A stretch of 64,000 nucleotides of DNA, taken from assembly GCA_044892525.1 (NCBI GenBank), contig CM097887.1, positions 101,906,397 to 101,970,396 of the forward strand, written 5' to 3'. Shown one piece after another: positions 38,608 through 52,200 of this stretch (the stretch's first letter is position 1; each line of letters begins with the position of its first letter). This DNA is from Schmidtea polychroa. Taxonomy: Eukaryota. The position numbers and the translations under genes are program-made. The notes below the pieces were generated by a model. It was not told the DNA's origin. It saw nothing but the letters and a program-made list of their open reading frames with translations, and searched no databases.

Positions 38608-40963
38608 TAAATTAGAATATGAAATTTCAAAGAAAATTTAAACAAATAGCTTTTTAATATATACTTTTTTATTCAAATAGATTTAATAAAATTCATTATA
38701 ATTTTTTAATTCGTTTTAATTTATTAAGAAGTTAACTTCTGGACTTCTAATCCTTTCATATAATTTATCACTCACACACAACATACTTCTTTGCTCCTTA
38801 AACCAATCTTAACCAGAAAATATTATCCTCACACAATTGTATTTCACTCAGTCTATCGTCTCCTCTCCGCCATTCTCTCATTATCATTTTTGTTGGCATT
38901 TTGGTGCAAAAATAAACGATCAAAGGTAAACTATGGTCTCAGTGCTTGAACGCCCCATGATTTGAAATGTTCGCGAGCAATGTGCCCACGACGACCGTCA
39001 TGTTGGTGATGCACACTGTGGCAGAAAATAAAGGGCAGGTGAGCTGCCGCGTTATAACTGCTCTCTTTTACTTTCCTAGCGGGTTCCTGGCAGCCGTTAG
39101 AAGGACTTACGCCTATAAGTAGCTAGTTCCCTTATATATATCTTTCTGCTTCCGGATTTCGACTCCTTCAACTTCAATGAACTCTTTACCGTGTCTTTAA
39201 CGTTCGCGAAATTATCCCATGTTATCTTAACTCAGCGCGAAAACAAAACATAATGCAAATTTTGTTATTAGGCAAAACAAAGGAAAAATCAAAAAAAAAT
39301 GTTAAGTACAAGGTTCAGTTCTGATAAGCAATATAATTGATTGATAAAGAACTGAGCTTCACCAGCCATTTCATTCGATGTCTGGATGTAATGCATCGAG
39401 TTTGCACTCGTTTTCACCGACTGACAACAAACAGACTTTATCGGGCATTCTATTTGTAAGTTCGGGAGGATCGATAGTGCGGTGGCTTTCTGGGCTCTTT
39501 TCTTTGCATATCGTTCTGCTTTGGAAAGATTTTTCCTCCGTGATTTGGCGATTGCGGCCACGGGAGTGGGTGCACAGAGATTCATTACCGGCTCGGCCGC
39601 GGGTTGATTTCCCACGACTGAAGACGGACGGACTGTAGGTGGCAGGTTAGACGACGAGCAGCCGGGACATGAGAGCTGAAGAAGAAGACCCGGCCGAAGA
39701 TGATGTTCCGCGATGGTATCCGCGATCACTGCCTTGTAGCCCGATACTCGAGTGACCAGCTCTTTGATTGTTCCTGTACTAGGGCCCTTTGAGCTCGATT
39801 TTTGGCGATGAGACTGTCACGGCAGGGCTCAATCCGATGAAGATGCAGGATATTTTATTTTAGCTGTAGAGGTGAGAATCTCGTGCCTTAATTAATAAAT
39901 TTAATGAATATATTGCCGTGTGATAAGTATTATATCTCTAAAACGAGTTTAGGTGCTATATTGCTAATCATTAATGGAGTTAGTGGTTATTAGTTGATCG
40001 ACAGACCAGGGGAAGTTAAGTATGGGTACAAGAAGCCCTGGGTTTAGTATAATTATTTTTATTCGTTGGTCGTTTGAAATTCAATGATGACGAATCTGTA
40101 GATTGAAAACACTGAGAGAGAGCTGGTGTAGTTTTAATAATTGTAAAGAGAAAAATGTCTAATTTTCGGAGGAAAGAGCCACATCGTACTTAGAGCAAAG
40201 GAAATGTACTGTCATGTAGATATGGCTGACTGTTCGCTTTCTGTTAGGCTTATGTAAGTTGGCGCTAATGGGGGGGGGAACGAAAACCCCGAACAAAATA
40301 TAATATTAATAATAATAATAATATTGAATATAGTATTATGTGAATGACAAGAGTAAAATAGTGTTGAATATGGTATTATATAAATGATTGGATTTTAATA
40401 CTAATGAATATCGTCTTATGTGAATGTTGAAATCATAAAAATAATAAACATGCTATTACTTGAATGGTGAAGTTATAATACTAATGAAAAGTCTCTCGTC
40501 ATAGATGAGCGAACGTATACCTATGAATATGAGAAGGTCGTTTAAAAACTGTTGGGTGCTGTATTAGTGACATGGCCTTATCCTAGTGATCGATCTCGCT
40601 CTGCTTATCACGCCGGTGCTCGCGTAAGAAACTAGTCAGTCAAGCGAAACGTGTCTAGATATCATGCCTGACGGATTCTCCTTCTCAAGTAATTAAATAA
40701 TAATATATTTATTTGTGTAATTTTTTCGTTACCCAGTTCAAAAGTCTTGCAGACCCCAGGTTAAGAACCGATGATCTAAATAATACTAAATACTAACTCT
40801 AAATAATATATATTTATATTTATTTATTTTTTATAATTTTATAATTAATAATTACTTTGGCCTTTTTAAACTTTCAGCCGCATAGAGTAATATGCAAATA
40901 ATAAATATAAATAATATAAATAATAAAAATCATTTCTATATTTTTTACAAAAGCTTAAATTAA

Positions 40964-42150
40964 CACGTTCACGTCGCCACGGATCACCAGTGGCTCGCAC
41001 TAAACCGCCTTATCTGGCGGTGCGTTACCGGTTGGACGTATTTGATTGTGTTATTAGACGTGTTGAGGATACCTAAATGACAAATTATAAACAAATAAAT
41101 AAAATTACTTGGGGGAAAATCGTCATGACAAACGGGACGATCTATGATAACTCAGAAAAGAAAACGGAGGCAAAAAGAAATGAGAAATGAGGAAGAGGAA
41201 GGAAACAAAAGAAATCAAACATGAAAATAAAAACCAAGGTCAGTACTAATTAATTAGTACAAAAAGGAAAAGGAATTTCGAAATCGAGAAAATAGAAAAC
41301 CAACAATATTCTTATCTCGACAGCTTGTCAGAGATAAGAGAAACAAAACAAAACCAGGCTGGAGCCGCAAAAGAGAAAAAATTATAAAATATTGCGACAG
41401 TTGTCAAAGATAACACGGTCGCGGGGAAACTGGGAAATCATGTTGGAGAAAAAAATGTGGAATTGAAGATAAACTGAAGTGCCACAAATCGACGAGGTAT
41501 AAAAGGAGGTAGCACAGCAGAAGCGGAAAAAATATAGAAAGGACAATTTATAAAATTAAGAGAACGTGGGAGAATTGTATTAGCGAACAGTTTGGAGAAA
41601 CCACTGAGAGAACAATTTGGAAGAAATATTTGAATAAAATTCTAACAGAGAAACTAAAAGAAAACAGAAATAAAGAGAATCAGCAAAGAGTTTATTCAGT
41701 TGATAATAGACTAAAGTTAGGCGAGTAAAACCAAGTCAAAATCAGAGAACAACCAGTTAAAATTACCAATTATTACACTCCTCAGTTGTGAGAAATTTGT
41801 CAAATCAAAGTTATGCGAGTGTGCTATTCCTCACCATAGTGTTGCAATAAGCACGGTATAATAGTAGCTTGTTGAGTCAACTGTATCTTTGTGATATTCA
41901 ATAAAGTTTTCAGTGTTAATTGTTATTTGTTGGTCAGTCAAAGACACGCTAGGAGTCAGAGTAAAATTCTAAATTTTATCACCAACTCAATAACCCAACA
42001 GACGTATATTAGGCGTATTATTAGAAAATTTAATGTATATTCATCAAAATATTTATTTTTAATTACAATTATAATTAATAACGTATTATAAACATAACTA
42101 TGCGTCGCCAGATGATGCTCAGCATTAAAATCGGCGCCAGCGTGAACGTG
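40964..42150. mobile_element. piggyBac-type MITE (about 243 bp) split by a solo-LTR-like insert
   Basis: 10-bp TIR cacgttcacg with TTAA on both flanks (40960-40963 and 42151-42154). Confidence 0.8.
41061..42000 (-). mobile_element. Solo-LTR-like insert, 940 bp
   Basis: TGTT/AACA termini; 4-bp TSD gacg; homologous to 23610-24605 at both ends and internally. Confidence 0.88.
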
Positions 42151-43343
42151 TTAAAATTATTTGTATGACCAACCAATCCGGCCCACTATCCACACAAACT
42201 GTTATCATTGGTAAACATGCGGTCTTAAATTGTGTAACATCGCGCATTCACCAATGAGCAAAGTTTGGCTGAATGTGTAAAAGATATTTTAACCTTGAGA
42301 AGATTTATATTTCTAAAAATGTTTATTATTTTATTCTAAAAACAAGTACAGCTATGACTTCAATCATAAATTTAATATTGTCGCCAAAATGTTCATCATT
42401 TTCTGTACACAGATTTATATAAAACGTTAGAGTTAACAATCAACATTCTGTAAATACTTTCTGAAAAAGGCATTTATCAAAGATTTCTCCTGTTTATGCT
42501 CGTAAACAAAATATAATTAAAAAGGTGTCGTATTTTTAACTGTCAATTATAAACTCAATATGTTTCTTATCCTTTTATGGTTAACTTGATATAGCTGTGG
42601 TGTTCTTGAGTTTTCCTTTACATTATTTAATTAAATGGGAAAATCCCATGTGTGGAATAAAAACATTATTATGTATTAAAATAATTAAATTCTTGTTTTT
42701 GAGTATCACAATTTACATTTTTAATTATTTATAGCTTTTATTGTTTTAAATGAAATTTGTTTTTATTCATAGTATTACTTTTGCCACTAAATTTTTGCGG
42801 GAGTTTGAATTAGTTTCATTGTGAATATTTAATAATCTATAGTTCTGGCTTGGGAAATATCACATATTCGAAATTCTGGAGAAAAGTGCAAACCCCAGTC
42901 TGTAATTGCAATATAAATATACTAAGATTGAAATTTTAATAAATGATATTTCAAAATAAAAAGTATGGGAATGGTAAAAAGAGTGTTAAATGTTCTTTGT
43001 TGCAATTAAGTCCCTTCTAATAATGAAATTATAGATCGTTAGATGATGTCCGAGTCATAAAAATTTCAGTTTTTTTTGTTTTAATAATGAAGTTAATATA
43101 GGAAGGCACAAAAATAAGGTAGAATCAGGTTAAAATCATTAAAAACATCAAGAATAATACAAGTGCAAAATCCATTAAAATTGGAAGATTAATACTGTAT
43201 AGGGGAAAAGGGGATGGCTGAACACCGAATCATGAGACGAACTCAAAAATAAAAATTTAGTGAGAGGTCCCTAGAAAAAGTTTAACGAATTAGCAAAGTA
43301 ATTAATTTGCTAATGAAAAACCCGAGCCAATGTGATGCCCTAA

Positions 43344-45201
43344 TCAATAGGAAAACCGATCAGTGTAGAAATCCGAGCTGTGTAAAGAGCTGAACTTTAA
43401 CTCTTTAAAACTTTTTAACTCACGACGACCAATATTCGTTATGAAAAGATTCAGCTTTCCCAAAAAAGCATTAATTACTTTTTTATACGTTATGAGATTA
43501 CAATTTTTTCCTTGTAACTGTTTGTTTAATAAATTAAGTTTTTCAAATATATCTGATAAATAAAATATGTCACATTTTACACTAACCAGCTCCTTTCCGA
43601 ATTCTGCATCTTTCATAAAAGATATAATACTATTCCAAAGCACAACAAACCGTTTTAAACTATTACCCTTAGATAACCACCGAACTTCTGTGTGTAATAG
43701 GAGGCGCTCAAAGCCTTCCTTATTTTCTTCACATAGTTGTCGGAAGAGGCGATCTCGAAGTGGACTTGATTTAATGTAATTTATTGTTTTTATTACAATA
43801 TTAAGAGACTCATGTAAACGCCCTCCTAACTTTTTTGCAACCAAATGTTAACGACGAATTATGCAATGTATACAAAAAATATTTGGCACATCATTCTTCA
43901 GATATGTGATAAATCCTCGATATTTACCAACCATTGAAGCAGCCCCATCTGTTGCGCATACTAGTATATTTTCAAGCGGGACATTTTTCTCCTTAAAAAA
44001 TTTTAACTTCTTGATATATCTTTTCACCTTTTGTGTCAGTTTTAAGTTTTCTGGCAAAGAGCATTTCTTCAATAAACTTGTCATTATCTTGAAATCTAAC
44101 ATACGTTATTAATAGAGCTTCACTATCACGTATAGAAGATTCATCTATTTGGAGGGAAACTTCTTAACTTGCAAATGAGCAATTAGTTGTTTTTCCACAT
44201 CATCTGCCATTTCATCGATACGCTTCGATACTGAAGAATTGCTCAAAGGAATGACTTGAGTAATTGCATTTGGGTTTTGATTCATGACCCTTGAAATAAC
44301 AATAGACACTGATGGCAAAATCAAATATTCAGCAATAGTAAGTTCTCTTCCAACTTTTGCAATTAACTGCGAAATCTCATAAGAAGCAATTAATCCATTG
44401 TCAATCATCGATGACTTTTCATTAAATACTTGTAAAATTGTTTTTCTTGATCGAAAACCATCTCGAAGTTTTTTAAAAAATTCGACTGGCTTGTCTTTTT
44501 TGTCTTCATATGTAGTTTCAAAATGTTTTCGTAATTTGCATGGTCGCATACTCTTGTTTGATAATACAGCCATACACAATAAACACATAGGCTTTTTAAT
44601 ATCTACTGTCAATTGAATAAACCCATACGCGAGATAATTCATGGAATATTGTCGACATTTTTTCTTAGTCTCACTACTCATGGTTATCTAAAAAAATATT
44701 TTTATTTTAATAAAATTTGCTATTAAAGTGATTTAAAAAATCTCATTGGTCTTGAATTACATATACATACATATGTAATAAGAACATTACAATAAAGATA
44801 AAATCGCAAATTTATAAAAACTTACAATTTGTAGAAAATTACAATTCACTGTCGAAAGATCGAATTGTTCCACGTCTCCACTCAATACGTGTCAAAACCC
44901 GACTAACAATAACAAGAATGCGCTTTGCGAACACGTGCAAGATTCAACATGTCTTTGTTTACGCAATGTAAACGCACAGTCAAAAGAAACAAATATATTT
45001 AATATTATATTACCTGTATGTATTAGAATTATTATATTTAATTATTTGCAATGGTGTGACAACTAAATCTTTCTGGCTCAATTTTTTCAATATAATTTAA
45101 ATATATTTTATTATTTTGTTTTAGCTGTGACCCCCCTTAGAGTTTGCTATGGCTCCCCAAAAGTTAATTTTTGCCCTGTGGCCCCAGGTTGAGAATCGCT
45201 G
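43344..45201 (-). mobile_element. hAT (Buster/Charlie-like) transposon with frameshifted, 3'-truncated transposase
   Basis: RQYS..YLAYGF, CLLC...L.N.SM.P.KL.KH, DES, TDGAASMVG, HCI, HTEVRWLSKG and YLSDIFEKLN motifs in three broken frames; 5' TIR cagcgattctcaacc at 45187-45201. Confidence 0.92.
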
Positions 45202-45209
45202 CTATACAG

Positions 45210-45375
45210 GGTAAGATATGGATACCTAGAGACAAAAGACAAGAAATGATAAATGATTTTGCTATCACACACAGGAGCAGAAAATGTGACAAAATATGTA
45301 GCGGACAATTACAATATGGGAGACATAAAAGAATCAGTAAAAGAAACAATTGGACGATGCGTGGCATTAGCATTC
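45210..45375 (+). pseudogene. Gypsy integrase zinc-binding fragment
   Basis: IWIPRDKRQEMI...HTGAENVTKYVADNYNMGDIKESVKETIGRC resembles the integrase at 15690-15850. Confidence 0.55.
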
Positions 45376-45380
45376 TGTAA

Positions 45381-45727
45381 TCTCTGACAGCTGGCAAGAT
45401 ATATACACTTTTTATAATCTATTTTCTCGGATTCCCCTGGCATTTCCCCCTCTATCTCGAGTAGGTAATCGAGATAACAAGTCAATCCAAACTTTGTTTT
45501 ACTTATTGTTTTCCCTTTTTAGCTTTTGTACTTATTAAATAAGAATGACCTTCTTTTATTTAATTGTCTGTTTTTATTGATTCCCTTCTCATTTTCAACA
45601 TTTCTCTTCCATTCCTGTTTTACCGAGTTCCAGACAAATATTCCATTCATTCCCAATTATTACCACCCAATCATTTTACGCCTTCTACAATTATTTTTTC
45701 TATTTTGTAATTTAGGTATCCTCAACA
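45381..45727 (+). mobile_element. 3' fragment of the solo-LTR-like family
   Basis: Ends in tttaggtatcctcaaca like the 23610 and 41061 copies; begins at the shared ctgacag..g.caagat motif. Confidence 0.6.
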
Positions 45728-47285
45728 GTTTAAAGGTTATAGATTTATGTATTAGACTTGAACTTTCCAAAGTTTCAAATGAATTAATTGATTTAGCAAT
45801 GGATAAAAGAGGTCCAAATTCTAAAGTAAAAGGAGAATAATTTTGTATTATTATTTTTACTATAAAATATTTTATTCATATCAAATATATTTTTTTATAT
45901 AAATTAATAAATTAATTAATATTTATACTATTTATAGATAAATTAAATATTTTACTGTTTCATTTGTACTTTCAATAAAAAATCTTTTGTTCAAAATACT
46001 TTTACGATTATAACTACTTAAATAAAAAAATGTCAAAATTTTTGGACAATATCCTCATTAATTATCTAAAAGAAATAATAATTCACATAAAGCGCCATTC
46101 ACAAACGAGTCAATTTGTTATATTTCAATCATTTAAGAAAACTATAAGCGTCGATTATCCATTTTCCTCATTATTTGACTGTATTTCGTAATAATTAATA
46201 TTTCATAGGTTTATTGTTTTTTTTTTTTTTTTTTTTTTTGATTACCAATGATTTGTGAAATATTTGTTCGATTCAATATATTAGCTACGTTGTTTTCGTT
46301 TTTACTGTGTTCATTAAATCCAAGTCTAATTATAATTAAATGCAGGGGCGTCACTTTGCGGGCCGCACCGGTTGAAACTATCAAGGGATGACACCAATTT
46401 CTCAATTTGTCACTAAAATGAAAACAACATTTTATTTTTGTGAAATTTAAAAATTTTATCAATATCTCTAACATAGTTATGGTATACATAATATTTAACG
46501 GAAATTAGGACAGGATTATTGTTTTCATTGTTTCACAGGATTATATTTTCATATTATAAAACCTATAACCAAGGTTTTTTGAATGTCCAAAGTATCAATA
46601 TATAAATCGCCATTCGTACATCTTTTTCACTATATATTTCCATAGCATCACTATCATCATCAGGTTACCTACATTCACGACGGATGAATAACTATACTAT
46701 ATTGATAATATATAAACAAATTATACAATCTATAAATTTTAAATTATAAATAATATTTTTTTAAAAATAATTTTCAATAATCAATAATATTTAAACTTTT
46801 AAAATTATTTAAAAAATATTATTTTAATTATTTTTTTAATTATTTAACATAACTATTATTCAATATACATCAACATACAAAAATTTAATTAAAAACATTC
46901 AACACACACGTATTCACTGCATATTTGTCTAAAATTGAATGAAAATTCAATGATTTTTTTTGAAAAGAGATATAGTTATTAAACAAATAAATGATAAAAT
47001 AATTAACAGCTAATTTATGCTGCTACCAAGAAAATATTATTTTCTAAGTCAAACTCAGTCAAACAAATTACCACGCATCAAAAATACAAAATTTTATAAT
47101 TGTACCATTTAAAGTCTCCCCAAAGTTAATATGACTAAAACTTTGACTTCTAGAAACAGGAAAAATTTCATGACTACTTTAAGAGTATATTTTACAACAT
47201 ATAATTTATTTATTGCACCTTCTAAAGTGTTATCATATTTATATATCTAAAAAATTCTATTCCGTTTTTAAAAAGTAAATACTGA

Positions 47286-49604
47286 TTAATTGCACAGTCC
47301 ATCATCGCAAGTTGTCCCCGAAATGCATTTTGAACACGCAGGCCCAGCTTCGTAAGGCAATTCATTGTTAACATTACCCCTAAATAAATTGGAAAGCTTA
47401 ATTAAATATTTTAACTTGACTCCTCTCACCCTGGAGCATAATTGCAAACTAAAAAATTTATCGAAAATCTCCCATATTTGCATTTTGAAATTCCACAGCC
47501 TATTTCCTTTGATTTCGCCCATATAACCTAAAATAAAAATATAAACAATTTATTTGAATCATTTATTTCAATTACAAAAATACATTAATTTACTTTTTTA
47601 ATACTTAAGCCGAGTATTTTCCAATTTCAGACTTTAGAGGATAAAAATATCTATTCAACTAAACAAACATGTATAACAAATTAACAAAAAATTTAGCACA
47701 AATGTCCAAAACGCACTAGATGCAAATAGTGAAAATAATTTCTTTTATTTCAATGAATTGTATGGAAAATGAAAGAAGAAAATAGGTTAAAATTTTCGAG
47801 AGTATCTCTTTTAAAGTTGTAAAATATAAATAATTTATACGACAACAATGCAAATGAACTATATTGTCATGAGAGTGCAAATTAATTAAAACTAACTAGT
47901 TGCAATCCCTGAATATTCTCAGAAGTAAGATTGTTTGCTAATTTATATTATAATTGCAATACTATATAGATCGATAAAATAATAATGGTATTGATTAATG
48001 ACAAACCAACGTACGTTTTTTGCTTATTAATTTTAATTAATTATTTCGGTTTCGAATATAAAAGTCAAAATATTTCCTGCAGGAAAGTGGAATGGGTACC
48101 AATTGGCAGCCATAATGAAATAAATAAATTTAAATAAAATTTAAATAAACAGCATAAATGCAAAAATTTTAATTAATTTTAAAAATTGTTTACCTCACCA
48201 ATGATAGCAAAATTAAAAAATCTCAGATAAAAAATGGACAAACAGAGGATCAATATGAATTATGGTGTTAAATTTTTTAGCGGGAAATATTTTAATGAAA
48301 ACCCGAAGTTTATAATAGCAGTTTATTTTATTTAGATTTGTCAGTTTTTTTGTCAAAACCAAGTGCACCGTGTGACATTCTTGCTTGAATAAAATTGGTG
48401 GTCTATTCTCTTTTTTGGTATATAGACAAATAAATAAAGAAATTGAAATTAGATCTTTGTATAAAAAGAAAAGTTATTTATTAAATAACAATTTACATTA
48501 AAAGTTTTTCAAATATTTCACATTTATTCAATGCATTTGGGTGAAATGAACGTCAGAATTTTTTAAATTACGATTTAAAAAAATTACACCAAGTAAATTA
48601 ACCCGCCAACTAGGATTATCTAAACTAATTTCTTTTTTACACACAATAAAATGACTATTATGTTATTATAGTTACTAAAAATTTAAATAAAAACTAAAAA
48701 TTTTGTTCGTTTTCCTTAAAAAATATATAAAAATGTATATCGGGTCCAATTGACTCTTATGCACAGATACCAGAAAATTTTCAATGCGCAGAGTGAAGGT
48801 TAAGCTAAATGCCAAAACTTAATTCAAAAAGAATTAGATAAATATTTATCCTCTTTTGTCAACTATCATAAATGNNNNNNNNNNNNNNNNNNNNNNNNNN
48901 NNNNNNNNNNNNNNNNNNNNNNNNNNNNNNNNNNNNNNNNNNNNNNNNNNNNNNNNNNNNNNNNNNNNNNNNNNNNNNNNNNNNNNNNNNNNNNNNNNNN
49001 NNNNNNNNNNNNNNNNNNNNNNNNNNNNNNNNNNNNNNNNNNNNNNNNNNNNNNNNNNNNNNNNNNNNNNNNNNNNNNNNNNNNNNNNNNNNNNNNNNTG
49101 CGTGTAATGCCCGCAAATATTTAAGGAACAGCTATTATCGAAATATGAGTATCCTTTGACTTCATTAAACCATAATTTTACACCTCTATAAAACATATCT
49201 ATAAAAATTCATTTAAATGAGTTTAAGACTTTAAAATGCTTCTTCCACTTGACATGGCAATATTTTGGCCAACCCATTCATGATGACTATAGCTACGTTC
49301 TTGCTTTGAGTCGTGCGAAAACTCGCAACTATCTGCTTTTCTTTGAGCTTTCACTGCTGATTCCTCATTCCATGTCTCGAAAAATAATAATAGTAACAAT
49401 AATTAATTATTAATTTCCACAAGTATTTACCATTTTTAACATGTTGGCAGCCGGTGGTTGACCCGAAACCATTCCTTTTGCAATCAGTTGCCTATATCTA
49501 TTGTGCTCAAAGAGGATTTCTTCTTTCTGTTTTTCATTTAGTTCACTCAGACAAATTCTTATAAAAATAAAATTAATTATTAAAATGAAGAAATTAGAAT
49601 TCAT
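47286..49604 (-). CDS. Secreted CAP/SCP-TAPS (venom allergen-like) protein, copy 1; exons 49604-49431, 49375-49230, 49185-49098, 47527-47430, 47379-47286
   Basis: Signal-peptide-like N-terminus; EHNRYR...QPPAANM; WVGQNIA; WFNE; CGHYTQ; VIWAKS..IGCG; VCNYAPGGN; C-terminal CxxC....C..GLC. The last base of exon 3 falls in an N gap. Confidence 0.92.
48875..49098. other. Assembly gap
   Basis: Run of N. Confidence 1.
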
Positions 49605-50217
49605 TATTCGTGAAAATTTTTCAATCTCAAACTAAGCAATTATTTATACATTTTTTGCTTAAATGAAGTAATGAGATTCATTAAAAGTATGATTGACTGA
49701 TTGAAAAGGGTATCTGATTTTATTTTTTTTTCGTTTTTTTAATTTAAGACGTGATTAAAACATGTCTTCGGACAATAAGGAATCATTCAAAATTGATTTT
49801 TCTATTTTTCACCACAGAAAGAGCACTTCATTTGGTAACTTAATAAAGCGGCAAACAATTTACAATGACACATAAAATTATTCATGAAAAAACGACACTG
49901 AAATAAATGTACCACGTAATGAAACATTAATTTAAGTTTTCAAGAGGATTCGCTAGTTCATATAAAATTCCTATTTTAATAGTTTTATCAGTAATAGTTT
50001 TTACCTTCACCATTGATCGACTGTTTTTCATTTTTATTTCATTTAGATAATACTACAAAAAAATAAATTCAAATTAAACACATTTTCTCCACAACCTGTA
50101 TTAAAGTTTTTATGACAGTTAATTTAATAAAATGTAAATAAAACATTTAAAATTTTTAATTAATTTTAATTAATTTATTTATTTTAAGAAAAGAAATCTA
50201 ATATTTTTTTTATTTAA

Positions 50218-50401
50218 CCCCTTCAGACCTGAATTAAAAAACTGTCACAGTGAAACTGATCACTAATTGTATTGTTGCCAAAAATTGCTCATAGATCGCA
50301 CTAGTGGTATGATTTTAAAACAATCAAAATAGTTTGGTCGATAAAGAATCTATAAGGTTTTAAATGTTATTTGCATAATTCTGCACACGGGTCTGAAGGA
50401 G
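50218..50401. mobile_element. piggyBac-type MITE, 184 bp
   Basis: TIR c(c/t)ccttcagacc(t/c)g (12/14), flanked by TTAA on both sides. Confidence 0.8.
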
Positions 50402-51559
50402 TTAAGAGGGATAAAAGTTGATGTAAGGGTTTTGTTTTATGATGAAAGTAGTTTCAGTCTCTAGTCTTTCTAAAGAGTTTTTAAACTCGTCTTGTCGAAG
50501 TTATCATTTTGTTTCTGGTAATTCCCGTTTTTGATTTTGATTTTCTCATTAACCTTTATCCGTGCAATATGGAACATTTGGTTTTAACACACTTTAACGT
50601 CCCCTCTTAAATTCTACAATCCAGAATTTAATTGCAGACTTTGAGGGACATTATTCTAGATATGGTAGTGTCAAACTTTCAATAATTTCCTGGCTGCATT
50701 GACTAAGAAGGCAAAACCGAACGACACTTCGACACACCACTTTATCCACAACTTCCATTTTGATTGATATAATAATTGTGTAACGCCTAAATTAAAAGGT
50801 AAAAATCAAGAATATTATTCACCAAACATTCAAAATATTATTTATAAATGATGAAAAAAAGTTTAAGAAAGTCCTTTTCTAACGTTTTTCATTGCTGCTA
50901 GATGAGTAAAAGATTTAAATTTTAGCCTGGAAAATATATTTCACGAACTTTTTTTAATGTCTATCGTCAGAGTTTCTTTATTTTGAAAAATAATGAAATA
51001 TCAGCTACACCTTATTTACTCGTATTACATGGGAAATTTTGGTTCAATACATATATTATGAAAATTATATGACAGATTAGTCAAAAATATTAAAAAATCA
51101 GAATTAATTTTCCTGCTTTTGAAAATCGTACCAATGAACATTTTTGATGAGTGCTCGATGAGAAGGGTACACGTTCACATGACAGGCTTGTAAGAATGAC
51201 CTGGATTTTTGTCGACATATATAACATCATTCAGATGACACATGGGATTGTTTAGTTTGAATAGCTGTAGGCAAAGCCACTTTATAACAAACCAATTGAT
51301 CTGCAGAGATTGCATGAGAGTGCAATGTTTGCCGTTTCAAACGCGTCGAATTAGCATACGCTTGTCTCAATTGAAATGATACACCAAAGTGCAATTGATA
51401 ATCATTAATGAGACATTGATTTAGAAATGTCAATTGAGCTTTGTTTTGGTTTTAGTTATTGTAGGAATAGTGTAATATTAAATAATTAATGTTGTAAAAT
51501 AGAATTTCAAAAAATGTGTTTAGTCTTACAAGCTAACTGGGCAATAGAAATCAACAAGA

Positions 51560-52200
51560 TTATAATTGAAAATGCTGGAAAATTCAATGGCAAAAATAGA
51601 GATGTGAAAGAATGGTTCGACAAACTCGAAATTATTTTGGAAGTCAAGAATGTGAAAAATGTCTAGAATGTAATGCCATTTTTACTTGAAGGGCAATCGT
51701 ATGCAGTCTTGAAAGAGTTAATGAAAAGCATCACGACAATGGATTTCGGAATGCTGAAGAATGAATTATTGTAAACCTTCGGTATAAGCGAGCAAGAAGT
51801 CTTTACGAAACTTTTACAGAAAAAGTTATTAATGGGCGATAACTTGGTTGTTCATGTAAATGAATTAAGGTTATTGTTGGAATGTTCAGGTGATCTACTA
51901 ACCCGATATTTTGTAAATAGCTTACCAAGTCATTTGTCAAATCAATTAAAGATGTCAACAGCATCGACAATGAATGAGTTAGTCGCTCAAGCAAAGAAAA
52001 TCGCAAGTCATCAATTTTATGAGAATGAAACGGTTGCAGTAGTAGTACCAAGATCAGATAGTGGAAGACAAGCCAATCGAAAATTCTATATATGCAATAG
52101 TGCTAATCATATGGTAAGATACTGTCCAGAAAAACGCAATGCTAATATTGCTCTGTTGAAATTATCTATACTTATTAGCTATATGGATACCAGTGGATAG
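51560..52200 (+). pseudogene. Degenerate LTR-retrotransposon gag fragment
   Basis: GKFNGKNRDVKEWFDKLE...LLEGQ gag-like N-terminus and CNSANHMVRYC zinc-knuckle remnant; contains stops. Confidence 0.6.

Noticed and set aside
39060-39090. U5 snRNA loop-like cttttact
   Set aside because: It lacks the conserved GCCUUUUAC loop context, flanking stem and Sm site.
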